From Flectonema sp. DT1601 (taxonomy: Eukaryota), in the NCBI GenBank assembly GCA_964019425.1, contig OZ025796.1:186001-250000 (forward strand): a stretch of 64,000 nucleotides of DNA, given 5' to 3'. This document shows, piece by piece, positions 24,097 to 36,224 of the stretch. The notes below the pieces were generated by a model that saw nothing but the letters and a program-made list of their open reading frames with translations, was not told where the DNA came from and did not search any database. A program made the position numbers and the translations under genes. Numbering within the stretch: position 1 is the first letter of the stretch; each line of letters begins with the position of its first letter.

Positions 24097-26118
24097 ATTT
24101 TGTTAGATTGATATGCCTAAGTGTGATTTTGAGAAGAAATATAAGACATTAAAAAAAATAATAAAAAAGACAAGCGACGGCAATTAATCCAAGGCAAGGA
24201 CTTTTTTTTTTTTTTTTCAAAAAAAAAAAAAAAAGGGGGTATTATAACTGTGTGTTGGTTTACACAGCATTTAGCGACGCTCATTGATTAATTTTTCACT
24301 TTTTTTTCTTCTTGTTTTTTATTTTTTTTTCTACATGATTTTTTTTTTTTTTTTTTTTTTTTAAAATTGACCCCCGTCAAATGACACTTCAGAAGAATAC
24401 AAGTCTATATGAAGTAACCACTGGATTGTGAAGCAAATCACACTTTGCTATGGGGAAGGGACTACGGGAAAGGTACAGATTTTTTTTTTTTTTTCCTCGC
24501 TAGGATTACGGAATAGTATAATAGGGGATTTCTTCTTTTTCTTTTTTTTTTTTTTTTTTTTTTTTTTTCCACCTTCGCCACCCATTGTATCCCAACAATA
24601 CCTTTTTGATCAAGGATACAACCCACTAGTACATCATTTTTAAAGGAACAAGACCACGTCGAGAAGCGGACTCACACTTGACCTTCGGGTGGGTTCTGCC
24701 ACTATTCTTTTTTTTTTTTTTTTTCTTTCATGTTCAAATCTCGGTTGTGAACAACCTCAGATATAGACTCATAGTCAACAACAGACAAAGAAAGAAAAAC
24801 TGCCCTCGAGTAGGACAGACATATAAAATACATTATGAAATTACAGGCAACTGAGGTACCGAGCAGCACCGCTTATTTTTTTTTTTTTTCCCCCTCCCAA
24901 TACGAAATTTTTTTTTGAAATATAGCTGCAATTACACAAATACGCAAAAAAGCATTACGGCAACAAAAATATATAATAAGCAGCTTGAAAACCTAATTGG
25001 ACTAAGACAGAGGTCATTATTTTCACCAAACGTGAAAGTAATAAGGTTCGTCTTCCACGATGGAGCAGGGTCGCCACAACATGGTATGAATGCAATAATT
25101 TTAACATGAAATTCCCTGCACACAAAAAACCACTCAGATAAAGCCTTATATATATTTTATTGATCGCAGACAGTATTACTGGAGCACAGGGAAAATAGAA
25201 AACATTTTTCGACCATAATAAATAAACGGGCTCTTAATCTGAATAGCTTCTTCATCAACGAAAAAAAAACATAGTAGAGTTCACAGGCTAGAAGAGCAGT
25301 GGTTAAACACTTAACCGCCAGTAACCTTTTTATAAAATAAATAAATATACAAAAAAAAAAAAAAAAAACTACGAAAACATTCAAGCAAGTTGACCAACTG
25401 GGGAGTTGAATGCCTCTGTAGTATAGAACCAAGAGAAAGGTCCCGTCTGTTGAGTTTGGGGAAAAAGAAGAAACGAAAAAGCGCGCCATAAAAGGATAGG
25501 GATTTTTATTATTAATGGAATTGTTTATTTTTCTCTTTTTTCTTCTTTATTATACATGCCCAGTATAATTCTGGAGAGGGGTGTAGGGGAAGATATCGCC
25601 AATGCTTTTCCTGTGTCAAGTGTACTTCCACTATCTCCCGAGTGAGTGCACCAACTCTTTTGCTTAGTTACAAAAAAAAAAGTATTTTTAAAAAATAATA
25701 ATAATAATTCAATCCAAATTTCGCGCGGGGGTAACTTGATACTATTGATTAAACCTGGTTGCAATGAAAAAGAGACCAACAGTTGGTATCGATAAAAATT
25801 GGGATGAGAACAAGACAAAAAAAAAAAAAAAAACAGAAAAGCGGAACTATACAGCAGCAGCTGGTTATCTTTTTATTGCCGGAAACGTCTCGATTGTCGC
25901 TCATCACTGATGTGCTATCACCATCACCATCGCGTTTTTTTATACATAATTTTTATATTTTCCTCGACTATTTATCTTTTTTGTTATCGTTATCTTCACA
26001 AATTGTCGACGATGAGCGTTCTCTGCGGAGGGCGGCGTGGTCAACTGGGATAACGTCATATAATCTGTTTTAATTTTTTTTTTTTTTTTTTTGTACCGAC
26101 GTTGTTGTCAGAAACTAT

Positions 26119-27744
26119 TCAGAATAACGAATCATACCTAAGACACTCATTCCAATCCTTTTTCCGACGTCTACGAGGGTCGAACTTACTGATAACTTCA
26201 AACCACCAACCACGCTTGACAGGAGGTTCCGGAGGTGTGATATTACCACAAAGTTTAGCCCTTGCTTCAAGTCTAGTGAAGAGAGCCTTGACAGTTAAGT
26301 TAAGAGAACTATGGCTTTCATTTGGAATACAAAACAATGTATACAATGAACGCAGAGATCTAAGTGACGCTATAGTATCCTCAATAAACCTTACTGATAA
26401 CCACATGAATAATGTAGTAGTTGGAAGAACCCATAATATTGCTAACCAAGCAAGAGAAAACATCCACACTACTACACAAGAAATACAAACAACTGTCAGA
26501 GGAAGACCTATAAAACCAGTAAGTAACTTGTACTGAGCAACCTCATCAACGTGAGTTGGTTTTTTAGTTCTTTTCATCACAGATGCCTCCTGACGTTTAC
26601 AAACATAAAATATTGGTGACCACAAGATGAGACCTAAAACTGAAACAGGAACGATAATAATAAGCTGAAGAATTCTGAGGAACATGCACCAAATAAGCCA
26701 AAGTTGACTTTCAATAGGTCGGATTACACGTTGATGTTTTAATCCTATCGTATCTAATTCATCTTGATAGTTAGTCAAGTCTTCTCTAAGTGATAAATCA
26801 GTTACGTCATTTACACTCAGAGCGTTACACCAATACTTTGTTAGCCTAACATGTTCAGCAAGAGTTACTCTTGTTCCTAAAGGAGCAAAGATGTTTCTCG
26901 CAGTGTGAGCAATTCTCATAGTGTTCCAGTCTTCAGCATTGAATGCCGTCAACGACATTAGTTCTTGCAACTGATTACTTATCTCATTTATTGCATCACG
27001 TTTATCTAATGACATAAACTCAGATCCTGGGGTTAGCACTACTGGTGGTGCATACTCAACAACTAGACCAGATCTAAACTTTTCTCTATGGAGATAATTA
27101 AATGCTGATGGTACTAAAGAGAGAGTGTAGTTAGTTTGTCCTGTTCTCTTTGCTTCTGCTAAACAGGCATAGGCAATTGAAGCAACTCCTCTTCTTACTT
27201 CAGAGACTCCCCAATGAAATCTAGAACGACCTTCAGGGAATAGACACACCATAGCACCATCAAGAAGTGTTTGGTTTAACTCAGTAACCGCTGCTTTGTT
27301 GTCAACTCCATCAACGTGTTCGTCAGCACGTTGGAGAGGGACAGTTCCGAGATTGCGAACAAACCAACCAAAGAATGGAAGTTTGAATAAAGTATCTTTA
27401 GCAGTCAATCTTACTAATCGTGGAGTCTGTGAAACACAAACAACAGCATCCGTCAATGAGTTTCCATGATTTGGACACAAGATAGCAGCGTTACCCTCCG
27501 GAGGTAAGTTTTCTACACCAACTAATTCAGTGTAGTGATAAAATATTTCAACTTGTGCAGAAAAAATCGCTCTGATAGCTCGATACAGTCCTGTTGGTGA
27601 TTCTTCTCTCTTCTGCATTCTCACAAGCTTCTTCTGTGCCTCAAGTTTCTGTTCTGATAATTGAAGTTCAAAGCATCGCTCAGCTTTCTTTAAGAATTCT
27701 TGTGATCGAGGTGACAACGGTGCGGATTCTCCACCCGAAGTCAT
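26119..27744 (-). CDS. Glycerol-3-phosphate O-acyltransferase-like protein (PlsC domain, SCT1/GPT2-like)
   Basis: NHGNSLTD (HxxxxD), FPEGRS and C-terminal TM helices. The likely start is MTSGG at 27744. Confidence 0.82.
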   Translation of the reverse strand: MTSGGESAPLSPRSQEFLKKAERCFELQLSEQKLEAQKKLVRMQKREESPTGLYRAIRAIFSAQVEIFYHYTELVGVENLPPEGNAAILCPNHGNSLTDAVVCVSQTPRLVRLTAKDTLFKLPFFGWFVRNLGTVPLQRADEHVDGVDNKAAVTELNQTLLDGAMVCLFPEGRSRFHWGVSEVRRGVASIAYACLAEAKRTGQTNYTLSLVPSAFNYLHREKFRSGLVVEYAPPVVLTPGSEFMSLDKRDAINEISNQLQELMSLTAFNAEDWNTMRIAHTARNIFAPLGTRVTLAEHVRLTKYWCNALSVNDVTDLSLREDLTNYQDELDTIGLKHQRVIRPIESQLWLIWCMFLRILQLIIIVPVSVLGLILWSPIFYVCKRQEASVMKRTKKPTHVDEVAQYKLLTGFIGLPLTVVCISCVVVWMFSLAWLAILWVLPTTTLFMWLSVRFIEDTIASLRSLRSLYTLFCIPNESHSSLNLTVKALFTRLEARAKLCGNITPPEPPVKRGWWFEVISKFDPRRRRKKDWNECLRYDSLF

Positions 27745-29344
27745 TTTGATGAATGGAGCTCTACAGAAACAAAAAATATAAAACAGTAAGTACGACTTAA
27801 CACAAAATGTCATATCAGAGCATCGCATATATCCCTAAACTGTACTCCAGTTTAAGGCAAGATATTAAAAAAATTAAACACAAAAAAACAAAAAAAAACC
27901 AAGTGATGAGGCATAAGAGATATTGTCTCTATACACCACTAAAGAAAACAATAATACATATGAAAAAAGTAACACACAGGGAATGTAAAGCAAACATCAA
28001 AAAAGAAGAAAAAAAGGGTCAGCAAACTCCATCTACGCGTACGGGCATAATCATTCCTCAAGAAGACATATTCCACGAGAATAGAATAATTGTTTTCATC
28101 CAAAAACGCGAATTCGTGATAAGAGAGTGCTGCGTGCCTACGAAAAAACTCAACAAAGAGACCCCTAGCACTTATAGCAAAAAAAAAAAAAAAAAAAAAA
28201 AAAAACGGATACAATGACCCCCACAGCAGTTACAGAAACATTCAGTGTAACACAACAAACTAACTGCAATAATATTTTTTTTTTATTATTTTTTTTCATA
28301 CTTGTACTCCTTTTACAAAGGGGGAAAAACAAAAGTGCCATTTTTAAATGCCCCTTTTTTTATGTCATTAAACGGCAAGTAAAGGCGAAAATAGAATTCC
28401 GGGTACGCAAGTATATATAATTTTTTACTATTATTTTGTTCTTTCTCAATATAAAGAAAAACTCCTCAATTGAAGAGGAGAGAGACGAGGGATAAAGGCA
28501 AGTTAGAAAACATAACTTTTTATAAATGAAAAAGAGTGGTCAGAGGGACGGTCAATCCCTAAGTGAACAACAAAAAGAAATGTCAATATTATCTGAAGTA
28601 ACTACTAAGTGTGAAGCCTCCCTCATACTTGTAAATATAACCCAGACGAATTTAACTAGTGAAAGCAATGCGAGAACAAGATTGAGAGGAGAGACCAATT
28701 TCCAATTTAATTTTTTTTTTTTTTATTGTTTGCCAGTTTTTTTTTTTTTTTGGGAGAATTACAAAAAAAACCAATACTACCACCAACCACAACAAGAATA
28801 TTCAAATACTATGATGGAGACAGGTGTCTTCCCCACAAGGGAGGGCTGCAAATATTTTTGCATGGTCACCACCCCTATTATGCTTTATCGGAGTAGCACA
28901 TAAGGTGCTAATCACTATAATTAAAATTGGGTATCTCAGAACACTTTTGCGTGTAACTGGTAGTATCAATTGAGGATATCATAACAAGTTGGTAGAAAAG
29001 TAACAACAAAACGAGTGACTTGTTGGTCACTTCTGTATGCCCATTGAACAAAGTTACCCTTCATAAACTTCACACAAAAAAAACGATAAAAACATATTCA
29101 CAACTATAACTAGGGTCGTCTTAAACCCAGTTCAGGGAAAGAAATAAAAGGTAACTAAGATCAACGACAAGGACGATGAGGGAAGCCACTCCGAACCGTC
29201 CCGTCACATAAAATAAAAGAAGGCTCAAAAGGTTCTTACTCTGCAACTGACGCAGTGCATCAGCTTCCTTACATAAAGGATGGGAAAGTTCTTTTTTTTT
29301 TTCATCCCGCAGGAGACAAATGTTGGCATTTGCAAATAAAACCA

Positions 29345-31213
29345 TCAAGCATCATTGAGACTTAGATGTGGAGGGCTAAGTACGCTGCTCTTTGATGAGT
29401 GAACAAGAAGACCAGCTAGCGAGTCAGATGATTTCTTGTGTTGGAGCATTTCGTTGTGGACCTCAACTTTCTTTGGTGTTGAGTAGCGAGAAACAGCTTC
29501 TCGCACACCAGGTAACAGCATTATTGATGGAGTGCGACAGGAACCAACTCTCCTGTGACGGGAATCTGATTCACTTACAACAGAAACAACATCATCTTTA
29601 TTGTCTGCTATTTCACAAGCACCCGGCAATACTATGACTGACGCAGTTCGAATTGTTCCAACACGTTCTGCGTCACTAGCAGGGGATGTAGTTTCGTGAA
29701 CCCCAGAGATTGCCATGACTGCGGGTATTCGTATTGAGCTATTTCTTCTATGACGTGATAAAGGTTCGTTATCTGGAGATATTATATCGTCATCACTCTC
29801 CACTCTTTCAATTCCCATATAAGATTCTTTTCTATTTAACGAACTAACAACACTAAGACGTCTTTTACAGCTGTCTTCAATGATGTGTTTTACTGAACCA
29901 CGACGCTGATGGGAACCAACTAAACAACTCTGCAGAGGCACGCTCTCCTTCTTTGCCAAGGGAATAGTTTGCTTGGCTGTTTCGGTAGGATAGCTGACGT
30001 GTTCTTTGTTTGCGTTACAGAGCCTTGGTCGTCTACTCTTTGCTACACGTTTTCGCTCCGCAAAATCAACTTCGTACTGTTCTCTTGCCGCTTTTGCCGC
30101 CTGGATTAGCTTTTCTACTTCTCGGTTTTTGCGATCGATTCGTTTGATTTTTCGCTTGACTGCGGCAGCTACTGACGGTCTGTGAGGGATTTCCTCTACG
30201 GTAATTGGCCTTTTGGGTGTCGTCGGGCTGGCGGGACGCCTGCGGGAACCCACCCTCTGTGTTTCCGCCATGTGTTTTATAGTGTCCTTTACTTCTGAAA
30301 GAAGCGCCCTTTCTTCTTCGTTACGTCGAAAACGGTGGTCGACCTTTTCACTAATTTCAGAAAAGGATCTTGATTGCTGAGGTGAGACGACCAAATGGAT
30401 CGTAGGATCGTAAAAAGTAGCCTCCTCCTGGTCGACATCTTCAACTGCGTCCTCGAAATTTGCATTTCCGATGAAGTTTTTTGCTTCTCTCAGAGTTCTC
30501 AATTCACGTTCTCTGCTGGGTGATGCTGTCTCTGTTGATAAAGATGAGTTTCCGATACTTCGCTCATCCGATTGACTTGAAGAGACCGACTCGACGACTA
30601 TTGATAACCTTCTTGGTGCTCTCACTCCAGTCACCATCTCAGGATAGCTACTTCCAGTAACTTCTTGATGGGGTTGATCAAAGTAAGTTGGTTCATTTCG
30701 AACAACAGATTGGTTTTTTATCTCTTTTTCTGGATTACTGACATACAGATTGTCATCAAAAGATACCACCTGCTGACTATTATATACCTCATGTTCACTA
30801 ACAGACTCTTCAGGGATAGTGTGTGGTTGTTTTGCAATAGATAAGTCTTGAGTAATTGCATCTAGTGATTGATAAAGTTTATTCGATTCATTTGGTTCGT
30901 CAAACAAAAGTTGTTCTAGAGCTCTACCTGTAGCAGCAGCTTCATCTCCTTCCAATACTAAGGGGCTTCTGTATGACAATAATATAACAACTTGTCCTGG
31001 TTGTACTGAGAAATCGCTGATGTCATCTTTCGTGAAAGTTTCCAACTCTTTTCCTGTCTCGTCAGCTATGACAACATTATCTCTCGTAATGTTAATCAGA
31101 AGACGTACACCTGAGTGATAGAGCGAGTAGGTTTGGTTGTTTTTCGATTTTGTCATCCAGACCCATGCCCATTCATTATCGTCTGTTAACACCCACTGCC
31201 ATGATCCAGGCAT
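29345..31213 (-). CDS. Hypothetical protein, ~620 aa, mostly low-complexity or coiled coil
   Basis: Long uninterrupted ORF with host-like composition, likely start MPGSWQW at 31213. No family recognised. Confidence 0.7.
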   Translation of the reverse strand: MPGSWQWVLTDDNEWAWVWMTKSKNNQTYSLYHSGVRLLINITRDNVVIADETGKELETFTKDDISDFSVQPGQVVILLSYRSPLVLEGDEAAATGRALEQLLFDEPNESNKLYQSLDAITQDLSIAKQPHTIPEESVSEHEVYNSQQVVSFDDNLYVSNPEKEIKNQSVVRNEPTYFDQPHQEVTGSSYPEMVTGVRAPRRLSIVVESVSSSQSDERSIGNSSLSTETASPSRERELRTLREAKNFIGNANFEDAVEDVDQEEATFYDPTIHLVVSPQQSRSFSEISEKVDHRFRRNEEERALLSEVKDTIKHMAETQRVGSRRRPASPTTPKRPITVEEIPHRPSVAAAVKRKIKRIDRKNREVEKLIQAAKAAREQYEVDFAERKRVAKSRRPRLCNANKEHVSYPTETAKQTIPLAKKESVPLQSCLVGSHQRRGSVKHIIEDSCKRRLSVVSSLNRKESYMGIERVESDDDIISPDNEPLSRHRRNSSIRIPAVMAISGVHETTSPASDAERVGTIRTASVIVLPGACEIADNKDDVVSVVSESDSRHRRVGSCRTPSIMLLPGVREAVSRYSTPKKVEVHNEMLQHKKSSDSLAGLLVHSSKSSVLSPPHLSLNDA

Positions 31214-32606
31214 GCGTGACTGGTGGGAAATAAATTTGAAAATGAAAAATACCTTCAAACCTTCGCAATCATAATTTCATGTATTAATGCTGACAGTAAG
31301 AATTAAGTTTTTTTTTAAAAAAAAATATAATATTATTATTCTTCGTATACTTTCTTGAGTTTTTTGTTTGTTTGTTTTTTTTTTTTCCCCTTTTTTTTTT
31401 TTTTTTTTTTTTTTTTGGTCACAGTTTCCGCAACTACTACCTTTTTTATAAGAAGGCTTATTAAGAAAAAAAATAAAACAAACAATCGCATCGTAATGAA
31501 ATTAGAATAGTAGTACCGGTCCAACGTTTACTGTACGCTATGTGAGTACTCCAGGAGGGTAACTCACAGAAACAGAGGACCCAATCCATAGCAATGGATT
31601 GTTGAATTAGCTTCAACAGATCAGATGTTATGATGTGATTCATTGAAAAAATTAAGAACTACTCTTCAGCTTTCCACCTTTGTCTCAAAGTTGGATATCC
31701 CTCTGTGGTAATGCTTTCACACCGTGATTTGATACTGAAGATAACATTGTCGAGTCAGCTTTTATCCGTATGCTCTACGCTAGCTTAACAGATTATGAGA
31801 AAATAATAATAATAAAAAACCAGACAAGTATTGGCATCCGTGATGGTTTTAAGAAAAAAAAAAAGGACAATTATCGATTATTTTTTTTATATTGAAATAG
31901 CATTCGACACAACATAAGCTTACAGTCTTATGAAATTTTCATATTGCGGAGTTACCTTTTTCATATTTTGTAACAAAAACAGAATATAAAAATACCAATA
32001 CTGTCTCTGGTAACTGAGAGAATACAAATTTTTTTTTTGTTTTCTTTCTTTTTTTTAGGATAAAAAAAAGTTTTCCTTGTTTTAAAAGAAAAAAGAATAT
32101 AGGCAGCACACGTTGACCTCATAACCTTCTTCAAGCAAAAAAAAAAAAAAAAAAAAAAAAAAGATAAGCGTAGGAGTTAGAAAATACACTTAACGAGCTT
32201 TGTGTAATTATAACCAAAAAAAACCAAAAAAAAAAAAAAAAGACATCATTCACGAAGAACGATATAACCAACAAATGTGCTGTAGGACTCTCCAATAGTA
32301 ATTATCATTGGGCTGTGTTTTTTTTTTTTTTTTTTTTTTTGAATTGGAAAAGGGTGGAAAAGGCAAATTGAAGTGACAACGTAGAAAAGGTTTAGCTTTT
32401 CATGTCAGAACAGTAGCTAGATACTGCATTACACTCGTACAAATAACAAAATAAATAATTATCAGTATAGGTAGGTAGGGAAAATTGAAACTGAAATTAC
32501 ACCAACATCAATCATACGAGTATGTGGGAGAGGAAAAATAAAATGATGGAACAAAAAAAACAACTTCAATTTTCAAAAATAGAAATAGATTAACGTTTGT
32601 ATTGAA

Positions 32607-34163
32607 CTAATGTTTTTTGATTACCTTGTACTCCACCTGAGACGTTATCGTTCTGCGAGTTTTTTCTCCTTCGACCACTTCATGGTAGCTGCAGAACGTT
32701 ACCTTATCGTCTTTGGGTAGAGGTGTGCATATGCCTTCCCAATAACCATGTTCGTTCTGAGGCAGTCTCACGAGGCCTTTACCGCAGTTGAAACCGCATC
32801 CGCGATTACCGTCAACTTTATGATTTTTAACTTTAAAAGTGTATCGTCGACCCTCTTTCAAGAAATACGGTGCTTTCAAAATCGTAAAGTCATCATTAGA
32901 AAAGAACGTTGGGACAGCAATTTTATTATCGGCGACTAACATTCGAAAATCAGCTGGAGTCATGTACTCTGAATTAGGACATCGAGGCATTGTCTCAAAC
33001 TGTGTTTTTGTTAAGAAATCAATCAACGGTATGGATGGAGTATCCGCTGACCAATGACTGATAGCGAAGATCTCCGGGCACACATTAAACCATGCTTCTT
33101 GGAATATTTTAGTTGATACAAGTGTTCCATTAACGTATTCTCCATGTCCTTCGCTCCAGGTGTTGTCAAAGAATCTCCATTCACCATCCAAACGAACACA
33201 GTTCCAAGCGTGATTAACATCAGTATAGGTCATTCCTTCTTTGTGATTAACACCTTTAGCGTAGCCACTGAGCGTTAATATTTCTAAGTCGCACTGTTCT
33301 CCAAGACTGAGCAAGGCTGATGCGAATCCTGCACAGACAGACTTACCCGTTGATAATGCAGAAATAGTAGAACAAGATTTTGTGTCGTTGTTGTTTATGG
33401 CATCTGAATCGTAGCTGATTCTAGCAGTGGTGAAGACAAATATTGCTCTCGTTTTACCCATTTGAGTTTTGCAATATCTTGTTAGGTATTCAGCTAGTTT
33501 TGGAATATTAGTAACGAGTTCATCACTGACTGGTCTGTTGACGTATTCGTCTAGAGTCTTAAAGTATTGCGTGGAAGGGGACGGTAGATCATCTTTCTTC
33601 TTGCAATACTCTTTGTATATTATCTCTTCTTGTGCTATTAAACTAGACAAATCTTCATCAAAGGGAGGTAATTCAAAATTATTCGATTCAACGACAGAGT
33701 TCTTACTGTCTGCTGGAATAGATGAGATCTCCAAAGTAGATTTAAGGATCGGCATCTCTACGTGTTGGACAGTCATATTCATTGTTACTGATAATTTTAC
33801 TGAGCTGTTTTCTTGTAGATCGCTAGTTGATGTTGTTGGATTTATTTCTTCTTCTTTGACTACAGGTACTTCTTCGATTGTTGTATCTTTTTTTATTTCT
33901 GGAATTTGATTTTCTTCCTCCGCAGGTTTTGGTTCATCCTTCTCAACCTCTTTAGCAACTTCTTCAACAACAGAAGTACCTACAACGGGCTTAGGGATTT
34001 GCTCTGGGGGCTCAAGGAGGGGTTCAGAAATATCTCTATTTGTATCCGTGGTAGGTGGTGTTTTCTGTTGTTGCTTCTTACTCTCATGAATTGTTTTTGG
34101 CAGACTTTTTGGAGCATGCTTCGCAGTCTGTTTCGATGCTGGTACTGATGAATTGCACCCCAT
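32607..34163 (-). CDS. Transglutaminase-like (KY/Cyk3/hillarin-type) protein with a predicted dual-acylated N-terminus
   Basis: VCAGFA, HAWNCVRLDGEWRFFDNTW (Cys-His-Asp triad) and an MGCNSS myristoylation/palmitoylation-type start. Confidence 0.82.
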   Translation of the reverse strand: MGCNSSVPASKQTAKHAPKSLPKTIHESKKQQQKTPPTTDTNRDISEPLLEPPEQIPKPVVGTSVVEEVAKEVEKDEPKPAEEENQIPEIKKDTTIEEVPVVKEEEINPTTSTSDLQENSSVKLSVTMNMTVQHVEMPILKSTLEISSIPADSKNSVVESNNFELPPFDEDLSSLIAQEEIIYKEYCKKKDDLPSPSTQYFKTLDEYVNRPVSDELVTNIPKLAEYLTRYCKTQMGKTRAIFVFTTARISYDSDAINNNDTKSCSTISALSTGKSVCAGFASALLSLGEQCDLEILTLSGYAKGVNHKEGMTYTDVNHAWNCVRLDGEWRFFDNTWSEGHGEYVNGTLVSTKIFQEAWFNVCPEIFAISHWSADTPSIPLIDFLTKTQFETMPRCPNSEYMTPADFRMLVADNKIAVPTFFSNDDFTILKAPYFLKEGRRYTFKVKNHKVDGNRGCGFNCGKGLVRLPQNEHGYWEGICTPLPKDDKVTFCSYHEVVEGEKTRRTITSQVEYKVIKKH

Positions 34164-34799
34164 TGTTGTTTTGTGTATCTGTTGCTTAAAGGATTACTTC
34201 ACTAAAGCTTATTATGGACAAGGAATGCTTTTATCAAAAGTTAATATCATTTTGAAGTTTTCTGTTCGTATCTTTGCTGTTTGTTTCTGATTAAAAAAGA
34301 ACATTAGAATAGTATTAGCGTCTAAAAAAAGGACAACGACGCCGGCCAACAAGCGAATAGCTGTGGCGTACACAAACGTACACCAGACACTGTTTTTTTT
34401 CCTTATTTTAATTTTTTTTTTTTTTTCCCCCATTCATGGAAAAGCTGTCATACCTTAAAAGGTCTTTTATATCGTTTTTTTCCTTGGGTTCTTTTTTTTC
34501 CTTTTCTTTTTTTTTTTTTTTTTTTCCCTTTCATGAGAGAATTTGCTTATCGAAAGGCTTTAAAAAAAAAAAAAGAAAAAAAAAAGCAAACCCAAAAAAG
34601 GAAAAAAAAAACAGTACAACACAATTTTCGTCAATTATCTAAATATCTTTCTCTATGCTGGGGTGAATGATTTGATTACTTTCATCAAATCAAACCACTT
34701 GCACAGAATACCTCAATGAGAAATACAAGAAGGAGGCTACTACCTCTTTGTATAAACTATAATTGATTCCCCCTCTTTTTTTTTTTTTTAAAAAAGATT

Positions 34800-36224
34800 C
34801 TATCTCGACAAGAACTGTGGGAGCATCCTTTCCTGTTCAAGTTGCTCGTAGTAGGACTGAATGAACGTCACAGCTAAAAGGATACCAGTACCAGAACCAA
34901 TTGCCCCCATAAGGTCAGCCAAGACTGTAAGAGCACCAATGCAGGCACCTCCTAGAGCTGCTGCTGTTGGTACGTAGCGATCAACGAGTACTTGAAGGTG
35001 TTCCTTACTGCGTGGATGACCAGGCATTATTAACTGCTGCTGATGCCACTGAGTTGCCAGATCCTTACCAGTCTGACTGCTAATAGCAGTCCACGCCTTT
35101 GAGAAGAATATACAAGAAACCATAACAAATATCACATAAACCAATGCATGCATTGGATCAGCAAAAACACCATTAATACCTTGCGGAGGTGAAATGTAAT
35201 AAACCAATCCCGAAACCGGCATAACCGAATTTGGAGATTGGTCAGGTGCCTTCCAAACTCCAATAAAATTAACGACTGAATTCTTAGGAAACTTCGAATA
35301 CAAAATCGAACTAAAAAAGTAAAGGTTCGAAACAAGTGCTGCCTGCAACACTATAGGCATGTTAGCGGTGTAGAAGAGTTTGATTTTTTGAGGTGCAGAT
35401 TGCCTCGTTGGTGCGTGTTGCAAACCTAATGTAACTGCAAATCCCTGAGCAAATGTAACAATAGCGAAGATCACCGCAGTAGAAATCAACGACATGACAT
35501 TTGGTAAGTGAGGACGATAGAATGCATCTTTAATAGCGCGGAATTTGTTGTCAGATTGAACCAACTGCTGAAACAGCGAAATCAATGCTCCCTCGTACTC
35601 CTGTCCCCTACCAGCGTTGATGACAAAAGGAGAAAATGCCTTCCATAGAATACCTTCACAGACGTTGACAGCTACGAAAAGTGATACACCAGATCCAAAA
35701 CCATAACCCTTTTGAAGCATTTCATCCAACAATAAAACGATTATTCCAGCTATCGTTAATTGAGTAACAATGAGAACACATGTAAATGATCCCAACACTT
35801 TTACATCTCCATAGTTTCCAGACATGACATAACTACTCGCCTGTACTATGGTGATGATAAGTCCAAATGCCTTCTCCGCACCTGCATAGATTCGCTTATC
35901 TCTTGCGCTATGCTCTGGTGAAAATTGAACTATCTTCGCTCCTTGTAAAAACTGCATAATCAATGAAGCAGTAACGATTGGTGAGATTCCTAATTCCATC
36001 AGAGTTCCTTTGTTTGAAGCAAGAATCGCACGCATCCAATAAAAAGGATCTGCGCCTGCTACATTTTGAATACCATAAACAGGTATCTGAGAGCATACAA
36101 GAAACACAAACAGAGCGAATGACGTCCACATTATTTTATCAGTGACATCTTGACGTCTGCGGGGTTTCTCAACCTCAGGTAGGATGCTGAGAATAGGTAC
36201 GAGGTACTCAAGCAACGTCGTCAT
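34800..36224 (-). CDS. SEC61A: Protein translocon subunit Sec61 alpha
   Basis: Motifs LPEV..KIMWT, DPFYWMRAILASNKGTLMELGISPIVT, KGYGFGSGVSLF, IKLFYTANMPIVLQ, GAIGSGTGILLAVT. Start MTTLLEY at 36224. Confidence 0.95.
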   Translation of the reverse strand: MTTLLEYLVPILSILPEVEKPRRRQDVTDKIMWTSFALFVFLVCSQIPVYGIQNVAGADPFYWMRAILASNKGTLMELGISPIVTASLIMQFLQGAKIVQFSPEHSARDKRIYAGAEKAFGLIITIVQASSYVMSGNYGDVKVLGSFTCVLIVTQLTIAGIIVLLLDEMLQKGYGFGSGVSLFVAVNVCEGILWKAFSPFVINAGRGQEYEGALISLFQQLVQSDNKFRAIKDAFYRPHLPNVMSLISTAVIFAIVTFAQGFAVTLGLQHAPTRQSAPQKIKLFYTANMPIVLQAALVSNLYFFSSILYSKFPKNSVVNFIGVWKAPDQSPNSVMPVSGLVYYISPPQGINGVFADPMHALVYVIFVMVSCIFFSKAWTAISSQTGKDLATQWHQQQLIMPGHPRSKEHLQVLVDRYVPTAAALGGACIGALTVLADLMGAIGSGTGILLAVTFIQSYYEQLEQERMLPQFLSR